A stretch of 64,000 nucleotides of DNA from Eledone cirrhosa (Eukaryota), in NCBI GenBank assembly GCA_964016885.1, contig OZ024742.1, forward strand, positions 42,656,001 through 42,720,000, written 5' to 3'. A program made the translations under genes and the position numbers. Of this stretch, positions 40,701-54,375 are shown in pieces; position 1 is the first letter of the stretch; every line of letters starts with the position of its first letter. Under the pieces are notes generated by a model, which made no database searches, was not told the origin of the DNA, and saw only the letters and a list, made by a program, of their open reading frames with translations.

Positions 40701-41775
40701 TCACTAACCTCTCTAATTTCTCAATAACCTCTCTAATTTCTCAATAACCTCTCTAATGTTGGTGACACAATAAAACACACTTGGTACCCTGTAAAGTGGT
40801 TGCATCCAGCCATAGAAAGCTTGCCAGAAGCTCAAGAGAACTTTTCAGTTATGTCAAAAACATATCAACCTAACTAGTTCTAATGCTACAATAAATGCTA
40901 CAATACACCCAGTACACTCTGTAATGTGCTCATACATATGTAAATGAGATGCTGTTCCCAGTCAGTCTGAGATGTCAGGAGCTTCAATTAATTACTTACA
41001 TGGTCTGTGATGATCATCCAACCTATACTAGAAAGGAAAACAGACGATGAATGATGAAGATAACATGTGATGCCACACAATGGAAGTCAACCCAGAACTT
41101 CATGGTTATGAAGCAAGCTTTTCAAACATTCATCCATTCCTACAGTTGCTAGTTGTAAATAGGTAACATGTTATAGATTACAGCTACTGCCTAACCCTTT
41201 AACATTTACATTACACTATATTTATTATTGTACTAACGTGGTAAAGGCTTTATCTTATATAATTATCTTGTAATATCGAAACCACGAGATTTTGATATTA
41301 TTTATTTTGAGAACAATACCTTAACATCTGTATGAGTGGCTGGTTATGGCCGGTTTGAACAGAAAGAGGTGAGAGAATTCTGGCCAGATATAGTCAGTTT
41401 AAATGCTAAAGGGTTAAAGCTAAAGAACCATTATTCATTTTTCAATTCTTTTACTGGCTTCAGTTATTAGACTGTGACCATGCTGGAGCACTGTCTTGAA
41501 GTGATTTTAGTTAATCATATCAACCCCAGTGCTCATTTTTCATCATGTCTTGAGCTTATTTTATCACCCCAGTACACGTTGTAAAGTAGTTGGCATTAGG
41601 AAGGGCACCCAAGTTAAAATAAAGTATCTGAGCAGGATCTAGCCACCTAATCAGTCGGGCCTCAGCACACATCAGCTGCCTAACCAATACAAGCATGCAA
41701 GGTTGACTGAATACACACTGTTCCTTCCTCTTCTCACTCTCTATCTTCCTATTTCATCTTTTATTTCTCATTCTA

Positions 41776-41811
41776 TCTTCTGATGAAGGACTAGTATCCG
41801 AAATGTTAAGA
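41776..41811 (+). ncRNA. Minimal hammerhead ribozyme motif
   Basis: tctt-CTGATGA-aggactagtatcc-GAAA-tg-TT-aaga. Homologous reversed copy at 55837-55872. Confidence 0.6.
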
Positions 41812-42014
41812 CCCTTTTGCTATTATTTCAAGCATAAAACTAATATATTTCTTCATTGTACTGTGTCGTTTGCTTTGTTATTTCTGTTTACTTTTTATAC
41901 ACACACACACACATATATATATATAGATAAATATATATATATATATATATATATAAATGAAAGTATAGAAATTGTTGTGAGCGTGAAGCCAACAGTACTT
42001 CATAATATATAAGT

Positions 42015-42056
<42 letters not shown>

Positions 42057-42105
42057 AGATCAAAAGATGGTTAAAGGAGTTCCATGTATTTTATTATGCG
42101 CATTT

Positions 42106-42305
42106 NNNNNNNNNNNNNNNNNNNNNNNNNNNNNNNNNNNNNNNNNNNNNNNNNNNNNNNNNNNNNNNNNNNNNNNNNNNNNNNNNNNNNNNNNNNNNNN
42201 NNNNNNNNNNNNNNNNNNNNNNNNNNNNNNNNNNNNNNNNNNNNNNNNNNNNNNNNNNNNNNNNNNNNNNNNNNNNNNNNNNNNNNNNNNNNNNNNNNNN
42301 NNNNN
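42106..42305. other. Assembly gap (200 N)
   Basis: Run of N. Confidence 1.
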
Positions 42306-44143
42306 AACAACAACCACACTAACAACAACAACGACTCTAACAACAACCACACTAACAACAACAACCACACTAACAACAACAACCACACTAACAACAACAA
42401 CAACAACCACTCTAACAACAACCACACTAACAACAACAACGACTCTAACAACTACAACCACACTAACAACAACAACAACCACACTAACAACAACAACGAC
42501 TCTAACAACAACAACCACACTAACAACAACAACCACACTAACAACAACTACACTAACAACAACAACCACACTAACAAAAACAACCACACTAACAACAACC
42601 ACACTAACAACAACAACAACTCTAACAACAACAACCACTCTAACAACAATAACCACTCTAACAACAACCACCACTCTAACAACAACAACCACACTAACAA
42701 CAACAACCACTCTAACAACAACAACAACTCTAACAACAACAACCACTCTAACAACAACAACCACACTAACAACAACCACTCTAACAACAACAACCACTCT
42801 CACAACAACCACACTAACAACAACAACCACACTAACAACAACAACCACTCTAGCAACAACAACCACACTAACAACAACAACCACTCTAACAAAAACAACC
42901 ACCACAACAACAACCACACTAACAACAACAACCACACTAACAACAACAACAACAACAACTCTAACAACAACCACACTAACAACAGCAACCACACTAACAA
43001 CAACCACACTAACAACAACAACCACTCTAACAACAACAACCACACTAACAACAACCACACTAACAACAACAACCACACTAACAACAACAACCACACTAAC
43101 AACAACAACCACACTAACAACAACAACCACTCTAACAACAATAACCACACTAACAACAACCACACTAACAACAACGACTCTAACAACAACCACACTAACA
43201 ACAACAACCACACTAACAACAACAACTACTCTAACAACAACCACACTAACAACAACAACGACTCTAACAACAACGACTCTAACAACAACAACCACACTAA
43301 CAACAACTACACTAACAACAACAACCACACTAACAACAACCACACTAACAACAACCACACTAACAACAACAACTCTAACAACAACCACTCTAACAACAAC
43401 AACCACTCTAACAACAACAACCACACTAACAACAACCACTCTAACAACAACAACCACTAACAACAACCACACTAACAACAACCACTCTAACAACAACCAC
43501 TCTAACAACAACCACACTAACAACAACCACTCTAACAACAACAACCACTCTAACAACAACAACCACTAACAACAACCACACTAACAACAACCACTCTAAC
43601 AACAACCACACTAACAACAACCACTCTAACAACAACAACCACTCTAACAACAACCACACTAACAACAACCACTCTAACAACAACAACCACTCTAACAACA
43701 ACCACTCTAACAACAACAACCACTCTAACAACCACACTAACAACAACAACGACTCTAACAACAACAACCACTCTAACAACAACAACCACACTAACAACAA
43801 CCACACTAACAACAACAACAACTCTAACAACAACCACTCTAACAACAACAACCACTCTAACAACAACAACCACACTAACAACAACCACTCTAACAACAAC
43901 AACCACTCTAACAACAACCACACTAACAACAACCACTCTAACAACAACGACTCTAACAACAACCACTCTAACAACAACAACCACTCTAACAACAACCACA
44001 CTAACAACAACCACTCTAACAACAACCACCACTCTAACAACAACAACCACCCTAACAACAACCACTCTAACAACAACAACCACTCTAACAACAACCACTC
44101 TAACAACAACAACCACTCTAACAACAACAACCACTCTAACAAC
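42306..44143. repeat. (AAC)n-CAC-WCT 15-18 bp compound repeat
   Basis: Read directly. Confidence 0.95.
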
Positions 44144-46734
44144 CTTTTCACCTATATCTAAATGTATATATTGTTTGCAATATGTGTTAACCTAAGGATA
44201 CAGGTATGTAGAATTATATTAATCCTTTTATACCCAATTACCTGAAACCTCTCTTGCTTCTATGACAGAAAGCTGTATATTTTCAAGTGTTTGTATCGGT
44301 AGAGGGTCGGACGCCATGCTCTGAAGCATAGAGTTACGTCCCTTTACGATCTGAGTTCAAATCCCGCCGAGGTTGACTTTGTCTTTCATCCTTACAGGGT
44401 TGATAAAATAAAGTACCAGTAATGCTCTGGGTAATTGCTGGCCTTGTGCCTAAAGTAGAAACAATTATATTTTTATGTACAAACATTTGTTAATTCATGT
44501 TCTAAACGCCATCTTTAAAATGACAAAGTTAGTTATATCCCTAAAGCCTTCCAAATTCTTGATTATTTTCAAAATTATTTGAAAATAATAGGCAATGTCT
44601 TTCATTAGAAATATGGTAATGAAAGAGTTAATGTAGTTATATTTATCTAAGAACCTTCAATCATAAATTTTATGTAAGAACAATAGCAACAATAACATCA
44701 ATACCAACCACACTAACATAAGCAACAGTAAGGTACTGTAAACATGGAAAAGAGGGTGTAAAATAGTGATGAGGATGTACTATCTTCATATGTGCTCTGC
44801 AACAATTCTGCTAATCCACCACTTCTGAACTGATACTTTATTTATCAACCAAAAAGAGATGAACAACAAAGTTGACTTAAGCAAGATTTGAACTGAAAGA
44901 GAAGTGATCCAGAACAAATACAGAGCCATTGAATCTGACACCCTAACCATCATCATCATCATCATCATCGTTTAACATTTATCTTCCACGCAAGCATGGG
45001 TTAGACAGGAATTGTCCCACTTGAAGCAAGATTGATCGGGTGACTGTGTCTCCTCGCTCCAATAGGACTGTATCTGGCAGGTTTTCTACAGCTGGATGCC
45101 CTTCCTAACACCAACCACATTTACAGTGTGAACTGGGAGCCTTTTTACCATGTCTCCTACATGACCACTTTACAGCGTGGACTGGATGCTTTTTTGTTGT
45201 GACACCTACACAACCTCTTTAGTTTGGACTGGATGTTCTGTGGTACCAACATAACTTTACAGTTAATTTGTTATGTTACCTGATTAGATAAGTAAATACA
45301 AAACATATTGTATACATATTACCAAGTTAGATATGAAGCATAAGTTCCTATTATGCCACTCACAAGAATGCATGTATTCTGTCAGTTGGTTGACTTGATT
45401 AAATTGTAATAAATTATATTTCTCTATTGAATTGCAAGTATATTTTTTTCTCAAATAACATTGGTTTTTCTTTAGTATTGTTGTTAGACTTCTGTTGGTT
45501 CCTATAATGAATGTTCCAGCTGTTTGATCAATGGGATAACTTACTCATGAAATTAACATGTATGTTGCTGAGTATTTCACAGTCACATATATCTTAACCC
45601 TTTAGCATTTACATTACTCTATATATACTATTGTATTTTCACGGTAAAGGCTTTATCTCACATAATATCGAATCTATGAGATTTTGATGTTATTTATTTT
45701 GAGAAATACTTTAACATCAGTATGGGGGACTGGTTACAGTTGGTTTGAACAGAAAGAGGTGAGAGAATTCTGGCCAGATATGGCCGGTTTAAATGTTAAA
45801 GGGTTAATGTAGTTTTCAAGGATATTCAGCATGACATATGGTGCAACACATTCTTTACCCCAGCTGAATGAACTGGACCACAGTAAAATGAAGTGTCTCA
45901 TTCAAGAACACAGCATATTGCCCTGTCCAGGAATCTAACTCATCACCATACGATTGTGAGTCTAACACCCTAACCACTAAACCACACACATTCACAGAAT
46001 TAATAGCTTACTATACACCATTCTCTTTAATTCTGAGGTATCAATTCAACTGCTAACCCAGAAGGGATGAAGTGACATATACAGTTAGGTCAATGAAACA
46101 TTAGTTGTTGTTTGTTTCAAATAACCTTGAATAATTCAGTGGATCTAATTTAATGTTAATTTTTATATATTTTTAAAATATTTACTCTTTTATGCTTTTA
46201 CTGGTTTCAGTCATTAGACAGTGGCCATGCTGGCGGTTCAGTTACTGCCTTAACCTTTTAGTATTTAATCCGGCCATATCCAGCCAGAATTCTCTTACTT
46301 CTTTCTGTTGAAACTGGCTGTAACAGTCCACTCATACTGATGTTAAGGTATTGTTCTTAAAATAAATAATATCAAAATCTCATAGATTTGATATTATGTG
46401 AGGTAAAGCCTTTATCATGAAAATACAATAGTAAACATAGAGTAATATAACTGTTAATGAGTTAATGGGATTCAGTTCAGCATATTGACCCCAATATTTG
46501 AGTTCCACTGGAGTTCCACTGATTGGAAGGAAAGATAGCAGAGAAAAGAAAGAAGAGAAGAAAAGCCACAAATTAATATAAACAAAAGAGGATTTGTTTG
46601 TGGTCAGGGATTAAGAGTTAATCTAATAGTAAGTTAAATAAACTAGTCATAAGCAAGGAGGTAGTAATGTTTTATAAGGTGCAAGGGACCAAGATATTGT
46701 AAAAGTATTCTAAAGTGACATTTGCTCATATTAC

Positions 46735-47350
46735 TTTGTTTGGTTTTATATCTAGGGGGTTGGTATTTCCAGGGAGAGAGAAAATATTTTTTGAAATGTA
46801 GGCAATTCGTGAAAAACTCACTTTTAGAGTTGACGTATTTGTTACGTGATTTGAGACCCTGGAAAGTTTTGGGATATTTACTGATACAGAGCTTGCACTT
46901 GTATTTGGATATAGCCCAAACTATATATCCACTGATATATGGTTTGGGCTGTTCTAGTATTTGCCATTTTTATTTTATAGGGTACACCTTGGTCTTTTAA
47001 GGCCCATACTAGGGTGATTGATGATTTCATTTCTAGTTGTCTGGAACTTGAATCATGTGTGTAGAATATGCTTAAATTCATCTTCCACAAGACCTACATA
47101 TCTTTGTTTGCCTAATGCCTGGCTGGTTTCCTCAGGTGTAACTCCTGACTCACATACAATCGATTTTATATTTCAAGCTTGTTCCAATGGGCATTAATCC
47201 CTTTTCCTGCATGATCATCCTGGTTCCTCATTGGGTTGGCTTTAGTCATGCAGTTATGAGTGACTTCATTCAAGATGCATATGAATAACTGATATTGATG
47301 GAATGCCTGTTAAAGATCTTACTATATCTGTGCTGTGAAAGGAAATGCAT
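46735..47350 (-). pseudogene. Decayed Naiad-type PLE C-terminus (RT thumb and GIY-YIG endonuclease)
   Basis: Hand translation: HFLSQHRYSKIFNRHSINISYS ... *SCRKRD*CPLEQA*NIKSIV ... QRYVGLVEDEFK ... VWALKDQGVPYKIK/WQILEQPKPY ... CKLC ... NSKSEFFTNCLH. Confidence 0.8.
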
Positions 47351-47531
47351 TACACTCACAATACAAATATAGTAAGTGGTTCAAAGATAATTCAACAACT
47401 GGAAAGAACACAAATCATATTAGGCTGCAGACAAGGTATATATATTAGGTATAGTCCAAACAGAGAGGGCCATCAATTGAGACTACTATACTATATCTCT
47501 CTCTCTTTCTCTTTCTCTTTCTTTCTCTCTA

Positions 47532-47603
<72 letters not shown>

Positions 47604-47639
47604 TATTACAATAATCAAAGTTCAGTTTAAGTCTTTTAT

Positions 47640-47688
47640 TTGCTTACAATTGTTTCCTCCAAACCGAGGTTTGGATTCTTCGGAGCAA
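47640..47688 (-). ncRNA. Hammerhead ribozyme motif in the pLTR
   Basis: ttgct-CCGAAGA-atccaaac ctcg gtttggag-GAAA-caattg-TA-agcaa. Confidence 0.75.
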
Positions 47689-49208
47689 CTATTTACTGAT
47701 CTATAACATACTTGACCTCCTTTTCAACCCAAGAGACACATAAAACATATGCGCATATTGATCAACAGTGGGGTGACATTCATCAAATGATATAGCATGG
47801 CAATTTACATATAAAGGTTGCAGGATAAAAATAAAAACAAGAATGAAAATAAAGACAAACATGAAGCGTTGGCAGTCTATGAAGATAAAGCAAGAGGAAA
47901 GTTTAGAGTAGTCAGTGTATGAAACAATCTCACGTGTAGCATGCACGCGTGTCTTATTTATACATGATTAGAGTGCGTCAGAATGATATTTGCAGGGTCA
48001 GGCAGTTGAAGCAGGCAATCGATCTTATTATGTGGGTTGAATTATTAAGTCATTTATTCTCATACATCTGTATGATATACAGTCTCGGATGCAGGGGAAC
48101 ACCAAAATATCAAAAACTTTCAACATACTATAAACCTTATTGTATCGTAGGCAAAGCCGTACCACTGTTTTCGCTCACACCACCACTCACATAATCCATG
48201 AGACGCAATATATATAGAGAACACGTGTCTATCGTATAATTCGCGGTGGTTCAGCATATAATCAAGCTATAAACCGTATCCAGTCGGTTCTTAATTAATA
48301 GAACATGCTGTCCAGATTCCGGAAGTGTCTGAATGACTAAGGGGAATTAATGCGTAAGGGGAGGTAACTAGCTAGTTATCTTAGATAAATTACTATCCTA
48401 AACTACATTAATGGTGATTCAAATACGTGCCTATCATATGAAGTTATAACTAATTTCTAGAGTATGTTACCCATTTATAGGTTAGAGAGTTGTCCATTAA
48501 GAAGTACAAGGGTGTACATATTAGGATGATTACCATCCATTAAGGGGTGTCATATCTGAACGTTCTATAAGAGGAGTCAGACTCTCAAGTCACTGTTCTA
48601 TGCAAATGTAATATAACAGTAGGACCTGGTATGGCCCACTATTATATATGCCACCCGGTAGGCTCCGGGTCATTGCATGTCTGAATCTCCAGTAAATCTT
48701 CGGTATGGTCCGGAGATCCAATCTCTCATATAAAGTCACTAGTCTGGTCATCAAGCAATAGACAACCCCCGTCTCATATATAAATCAATTAAGTATCACA
48801 TCTACAAGCTAGAGTGGAGTCTATTAATAGGTACTAAAGGAGTTCACATCAAGATGATTACGTGCATAATTCATTGAACTGATCGTTTACAGTATATATT
48901 CACATAACAATACGATTATCTATCTAGTCATCAATCTATCTCTTGGTGGGAATCCAAGCACAGGACTATGTTATCGCAACCAGTACCGTGTCCCCAATTT
49001 ATACTAATCTTATATTTGTGCAATGCAGAATAAGTAGTCCACGGTCGAGATATCAGAATTAGAGGTACAAGGGGGTCTTCCCAGGGTAGGTGGTACTAAA
49101 ATGCTGTCAGTATTATCTTTAGAGTATAGAGATGGGTGTGGATGTGAGGTGTAAGGTGTGCTACTGATGTTAATTGCTAGGGGTGGTGCCGGTTCCAGTC
49201 TGACATTA

Positions 49209-49934
49209 TTATATATAGGGTTTAAAGTTTTGGAACGAGTGTCGGAAGCGGTGTTGGCAAGTTGCGAACACTTCTGATTTTTTATTAAGGAGATTATGTT
49301 TAGAGAAGATGATAGTATGGGTCTCTAGTAGACAGAGGTTACAAAATTTATCAGGTGGTTTGTACGATGTTGCACTACCTACCACTTCCCATTTAAGTGT
49401 ATATATTTTATTTTTAGTTTTTAGATAGTATATGTAGCTAGATAGTGAAGTGGAGTTGGCTAGACTGTGTTTTTTGAAAGAGTGGAGGTGCGAATTGTAT
49501 CTAGTTTTGAAGCAGTTAGAAGTGGAGCCTATGTAGGTTTCAGAAGAGCTGTTAGTTGTGACTGTACATGAGTATATGATATCCTTGGTTAAGCATTTTT
49601 TATCTAGAGGGCAGGTTCTACTTGATCTACAGTTACAATTACTCTGGGTGCTAGTCTGCCGGTTACTATGCTGTGTAGAAGTTTGGATGTTAGCTATAGG
49701 GTTATGGTTATGTGGGTTGTGGTACGCAGCGTTAATGTTTACACTAGTGCTATTACTATTATTTCCATTGATATTACGGTTATTTGTTATAATGTTACTT
49801 TGACTGTTATTTGGAATGTTATTTTGAAGGTTTATCGACCGTTGTGATTTAGTTTGTTGGAAGTAAGAATTAATTTTTCTTTTATTTGTACTAGCTATGT
49901 GGTATGCTAAGTTAGGCGTAGTAGAGTATGAGAT
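49209..49934 (-). CDS. PLE (Naiad-type) C-terminal fragment: Asn-rich linker, CxCx5CPx4C zinc finger, GIY-YIG endonuclease (241 aa open, no start codon)
   Basis: ISYSTTPNL...CNCRSSRTCPLDKKCLTKDIIYSCTV..ETYIGSTSNCFKTRYNSHLHSF..STSLSSYIYYLK..LKWEVV..CNLCLLE..LLNKKSEVFATCQH...*. Confidence 0.88.
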   Translation of the reverse strand: MSYSTTPNLAYHIASTNKRKINSYFQQTKSQRSINLQNNIPNNSQSNIITNNRNINGNNSNSTSVNINAAYHNPHNHNPIANIQTSTQHSNRQTSTQSNCNCRSSRTCPLDKKCLTKDIIYSCTVTTNSSSETYIGSTSNCFKTRYNSHLHSFKKHSLANSTSLSSYIYYLKTKNKIYTLKWEVVGSATSYKPPDKFCNLCLLETHTIIFSKHNLLNKKSEVFATCQHRFRHSFQNFKPYI

Positions 49935-50637
49935 CTATTAAGATCTCATACTAGCTAGTTACCTCCCCTTACGCATTAATTCCCCTTAGTCATTCAGACA
50001 CTTCCGGAATCTGGACAGCATGTTCTATTAATTAAGAACCGACTGGATACGGTTTATAGCTTGATTATATGCTGAACCACCGCGAATTATACGATAGACA
50101 CGTGTTCTCTATATATATTGCGTCTCATGGATTATGTGAGTGGTGGTGTGAGCGAAAACAGTGGTACGGCTTTGCCTACGATACAATAAGGTTTATAGTA
50201 TGTTGAAAGTTTTTGATATTTTGGTGTTCCCCTGCATCCGAGACTGTATATCATACAGATGTATGAGAATAAATGACTTAATAATTCAACCCACATAATA
50301 AGATCGATTGCCTGCTTCAACTGCCTGATCCTGCAAATATCATTCTGACGCACTCTAATCATGTATAAATAAGACACGCGTGCATGCTACACGTGAGATT
50401 GTTTCATACACTGACTACTCTAAACTTTCCTCTTGCTTTATCTTCATAGACTGCCAACGCTTCATGTTTGTCTTTATTTTCATTCTTGTTTTTATTTTTA
50501 TCCTGTAACCTTTATATGTAAATTGCCATGCTATATCATTTGATGAATGTCACCCCACTGTTGATCAATATGCGCATATGTTTTATGTGTCTCTTGGGTT
50601 GAAAAGGAGGTCAAGTATGTTATAGATCAGTAAATAG

Positions 50638-50686
50638 TTGCTCCGAAGAATCCAAACCTCTGTTTGGAGGAAACAATTGTAAGCAA
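50638..50686 (+). ncRNA. Hammerhead ribozyme motif in the inverted pLTR
   Basis: ttgct-CCGAAGA-atccaaac ctct gtttggag-GAAA-caattg-TA-agcaa. Confidence 0.75.
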
Positions 50687-50889
50687 ATAAATGACTTAAA
50701 CTGAACTTTGATTATTGTAATCTCTATATAACTGCTCTGTAAAACAACTGATGTTATTACATTGAGCTATTTATCTTACTGGTAATAGGATAGTAATTAA
50801 TGACTATCTTTCACTATTTAGGGTTTGTATATATAATATATTACCATTAAAGGTTTTATTGCATACATAACCATAAATAGTACCCTTAA

Positions 50890-50931
<42 letters not shown>

Positions 50932-50950
50932 TAAGATATATATGTATATA

Positions 50951-51009
<59 letters not shown>

Positions 51010-51275
51010 GGTGTATATGCCAAGTATTCCTATTATTGTGTGCTAGAATGTAAACCAAGATACTTTACTCCATGAGACTGAAGATGAAATCAAAGATCTT
51101 TTGATAAGGACTCACAACCCCTGGAATGACATTTTGTGTATCTGTACAAGAACATGGCATTTACATACTTTAACTCATACACACACATACATACACACAC
51201 AAATATACAAACAAACACACATAAACATGTATATATGTCAATACACTCACACACATTTGTACATGTACATGTCTA

Positions 51276-51343
<68 letters not shown>

Positions 51344-51393
51344 AATACAAACAACTATATATGTAAAAATAAAATATATTTGGTGATGATAAA

Positions 51394-51629
51394 AAAGCAC
51401 CCAGCCCACACTGTAAAGTGGACGTGTAGGCGCCACGGACAAAAAGCACCCAGCTCTCACTGTAAATGAGGTTGGTGTTAGGAAGGGCATCCAGCGATAG
51501 AAATCAAGCCAGAATCAGTTCCCGTATGAGCAAGACAAGGTCAGCCGACCGGACACTGCCCACAACAGGACAACCCGTCTAACCCATGCTAGCGTGGAAG
51601 AACGGACGTAAAACGATGATGATGATGAT
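51394..51629 (+). mobile_element. SINE family 1 with tail B, 5'-truncated
   Basis: Homologous to about 55327-55567. Confidence 0.85.
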
Positions 51630-51660
51630 ATACACACACATATACACACACACACACACA

Positions 51661-51715
<55 letters not shown>

Positions 51716-51774
51716 ATATATATATACAGTTGTGTGTGTGTGGGTGTGTGTATCTGCGAGAATGCTTATCTCTG

Positions 51775-51836
<62 letters not shown>

Positions 51837-53059
51837 TACATATGTGTGTGGGGGGTGTAGATGTATAAACTACTACTACTACTACTAGCATTCTCACATA
51901 CAAGTACATGCACACACACATGCACATACAAACACACGTACACACACACACATGTGGCTGAAAAGAAGACAGACACAGCCGGATTCAAGCAGACAGACAG
52001 ACAGACAGAATCAGATAGTATACCTTTTGCCACCTCATACTGACTTACACTTCATTAAATATCCAAATATTTCATACATTCATACATTAACCTATCTTAT
52101 TATCAGCTTATCGCCTACCCCCGCATACTTTTTCTCTGCATATATATAGATAGATAGCTATAGATATAGATATACACACATATGTATATATAGATATTAT
52201 ATATATATATGTATGTATACGTGTGTATGTTTATTTATAAATATATATATATACATACATATATATAAATAAACACACACATACATATACAAGCAGGGAA
52301 AAGCGGACGTAAAATGATGATGATGTTGATGATGATATATATATATATATACGCATATATAAATAAATGCACAACACATACACATACATACATATATATG
52401 TGTGTATACATATCCCACTCTATCTTGAATGACCCCCACTCCTTTTAAATCCTATCTCACCAGTTATAATTCTTTAGTAACTGTTCTCATCATCATTGTC
52501 CCCTCCCCATTATATCTGATATCACCATCCACTTCCTTACTTTCTCATTTCTTTGTTCTCCCACATCATGTTTCAATCCCACCACACTTACCATACACCT
52601 ATGACATAATCATTTTTATGCTCCTTTTCCCCTCTCACCTATTGTCACTCATGACATCATAAATCTCATTCTTCTTTCCTTCCACCATTTTATTTTGCTA
52701 TCCCTCTCCTATCCCCTCCATAAAGTAGAGGGGGATCTTCAGTTGGGATAATTAATGTCTGACACAGCGCTTGTCACACAATAAAACACACACTGTACAC
52801 TCTGTAAAGTGGATGATGATAGGAAGAGCATCCAGCCATAGAAAACCTGCCAAACAAAGAAATGACACTCTTTCCCCTTGCTAGTGCCACAATGAAATGC
52901 ACCTGATGCATTGTGTAGAGGCAAGAATGTATGTTTGCACGATGTGTCCCCCACACTATCTGAGAAGTCAGTAGTTCCAATTAAGTACTGACTCAGTTTG
53001 TGATGACCTGTCCAAACCTTTCTAATAGGAAAATTTGTTGTTAATTGATGATAATCATG

Positions 53060-53099
<40 letters not shown>

Positions 53100-53140
53100 G
53101 TAGTCCCACGGTTTTTCCTTTTCCATACAACTTCACTCAG

Positions 53141-53183
53141 ACCGAGCTGATGATCCGCATAAGGTGAAACATTTGTTCTCGGT
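53141..53183 (+). ncRNA. Type I hammerhead ribozyme motif enclosed by a 15-bp inverted repeat
   Basis: accgag-CTGATGA-tcc gcataa ggt-GAAA-catttg-TT-ctcggt. Outer IR TAGAAGTAGTCCCAC/GTGGGACTACTTCTA (53095-53215). Confidence 0.8.
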
Positions 53184-53360
53184 ATGTTGAACTAACTGTT
53201 GTGGGACTACTTCTACCAAACTCGTCCCATGGACTGAGTGCTCTACTACTACAGATATAAACCTCCAGTATTCTACTATTATATATATATATATATATAT
53301 ATATAATGAAATGACAGGAGGCTAAATAAGTTGAATTTTCTTACTTTTTTATTACTGTAA

Positions 53361-53418
53361 ACACTATGCACATTTCAGTGGCCAGGTCATGTAAGAACCT
53401 GGTGACTTCATCAGGTGT
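53361..53418 (-). ncRNA. Type I hammerhead ribozyme motif
   Basis: acac-CTGATGA-agtcaccaggt..acctggccact-GAAA-tgtgca-TA-gtgt. Confidence 0.75.
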
Positions 53419-53559
53419 AAATTATGTAATAGATATATACCAACGGAATGATGGTAAGCTTTAAGGAAACAAGCAAAGAAATTTTACCCAGAGACGGACG
53501 TAGTAGCATACTGCCACATTGTACATTGCGATATATTATACATATATATATAATGTGGC

Positions 53560-53590
<31 letters not shown>

Positions 53591-54221
53591 ATTTTAAAAG
53601 CCATACATTGTGTGTCAAGATAACAATAGAATCTTACCTTTGCAAATTTAATTATTCCAAATATTTCAGGTTTAAAACCCCATTATGAAGGGAGTATCCT
53701 TCTGAAGGTCTGAAAGGATTGGTCAGAGATAAGTTGTTGTTAGGCTGATTTAATTTAAATCTACCTTCATAACAACAACTTATCTTATGGGGTGTGGCTC
53801 TCTTACATATGATCCCACATGCTACCAAGTACATTTTATTTTAACACCATCACTAGAGTGATTGTCATGTCTTTGACGTAACTGAAGGGTCCTCACAACC
53901 CTTTGTTTGGCAAGTTTTCTATGGTTGGATGCCCTTCCTGTTACCAACAACATTACAATGGAGGGGGAATTTATAGTGTGGAGGTGCACAGGGATGAAGG
54001 GAGTAGCTATTAAGGTATGGTAGTGGAGGTGGAGGATGTCGGGGACAGGTCACATTTTAGGCTGGTAGGTGGGTCTATTCCAGTACATGTCACTGATTCT
54101 CACATTCCTTTGTCATCTTGGCTGTATGTATATATAAATATATATATATACATATATATACATATATATGTGTGTGTGTGTATATATATAGACACACACA
54201 CACACATATATATATGTATAT

Positions 54222-54285
<64 letters not shown>

Positions 54286-54325
54286 ATATATATAGACACA
54301 CACACACACACATATATATGTATAT

Positions 54326-54375
<50 letters not shown>

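Larger units (their letters stand above)
47605..50890 (-). mobile_element. 5'-truncated Naiad-type Penelope-like element with inverted pseudo-LTRs (47605-48376 and 49950-50721)
   Basis: 772-bp inverted repeats, each with a hammerhead near its outer end. GIY-YIG frame between them. Flanked by (TA)n/(GA)n. Confidence 0.88.

Noticed and set aside
42060-44151. Thr/Asn/Val-rich ORFs of about 500 aa
   Set aside because: Translations of an (AAC)-based repeat, some running through an N gap.
47949-50377. Duplicated 81-aa ORF pair
   Set aside because: Antisense to the PLE, inside the inverted pLTRs, with a GTG start and no recognisable motif.
47605-50721. DNA transposon or Polinton with long TIRs
   Set aside because: The interior encodes a PLE GIY-YIG domain, the repeats carry hammerheads and there is a one-sided extension. 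No transposase or TSD.
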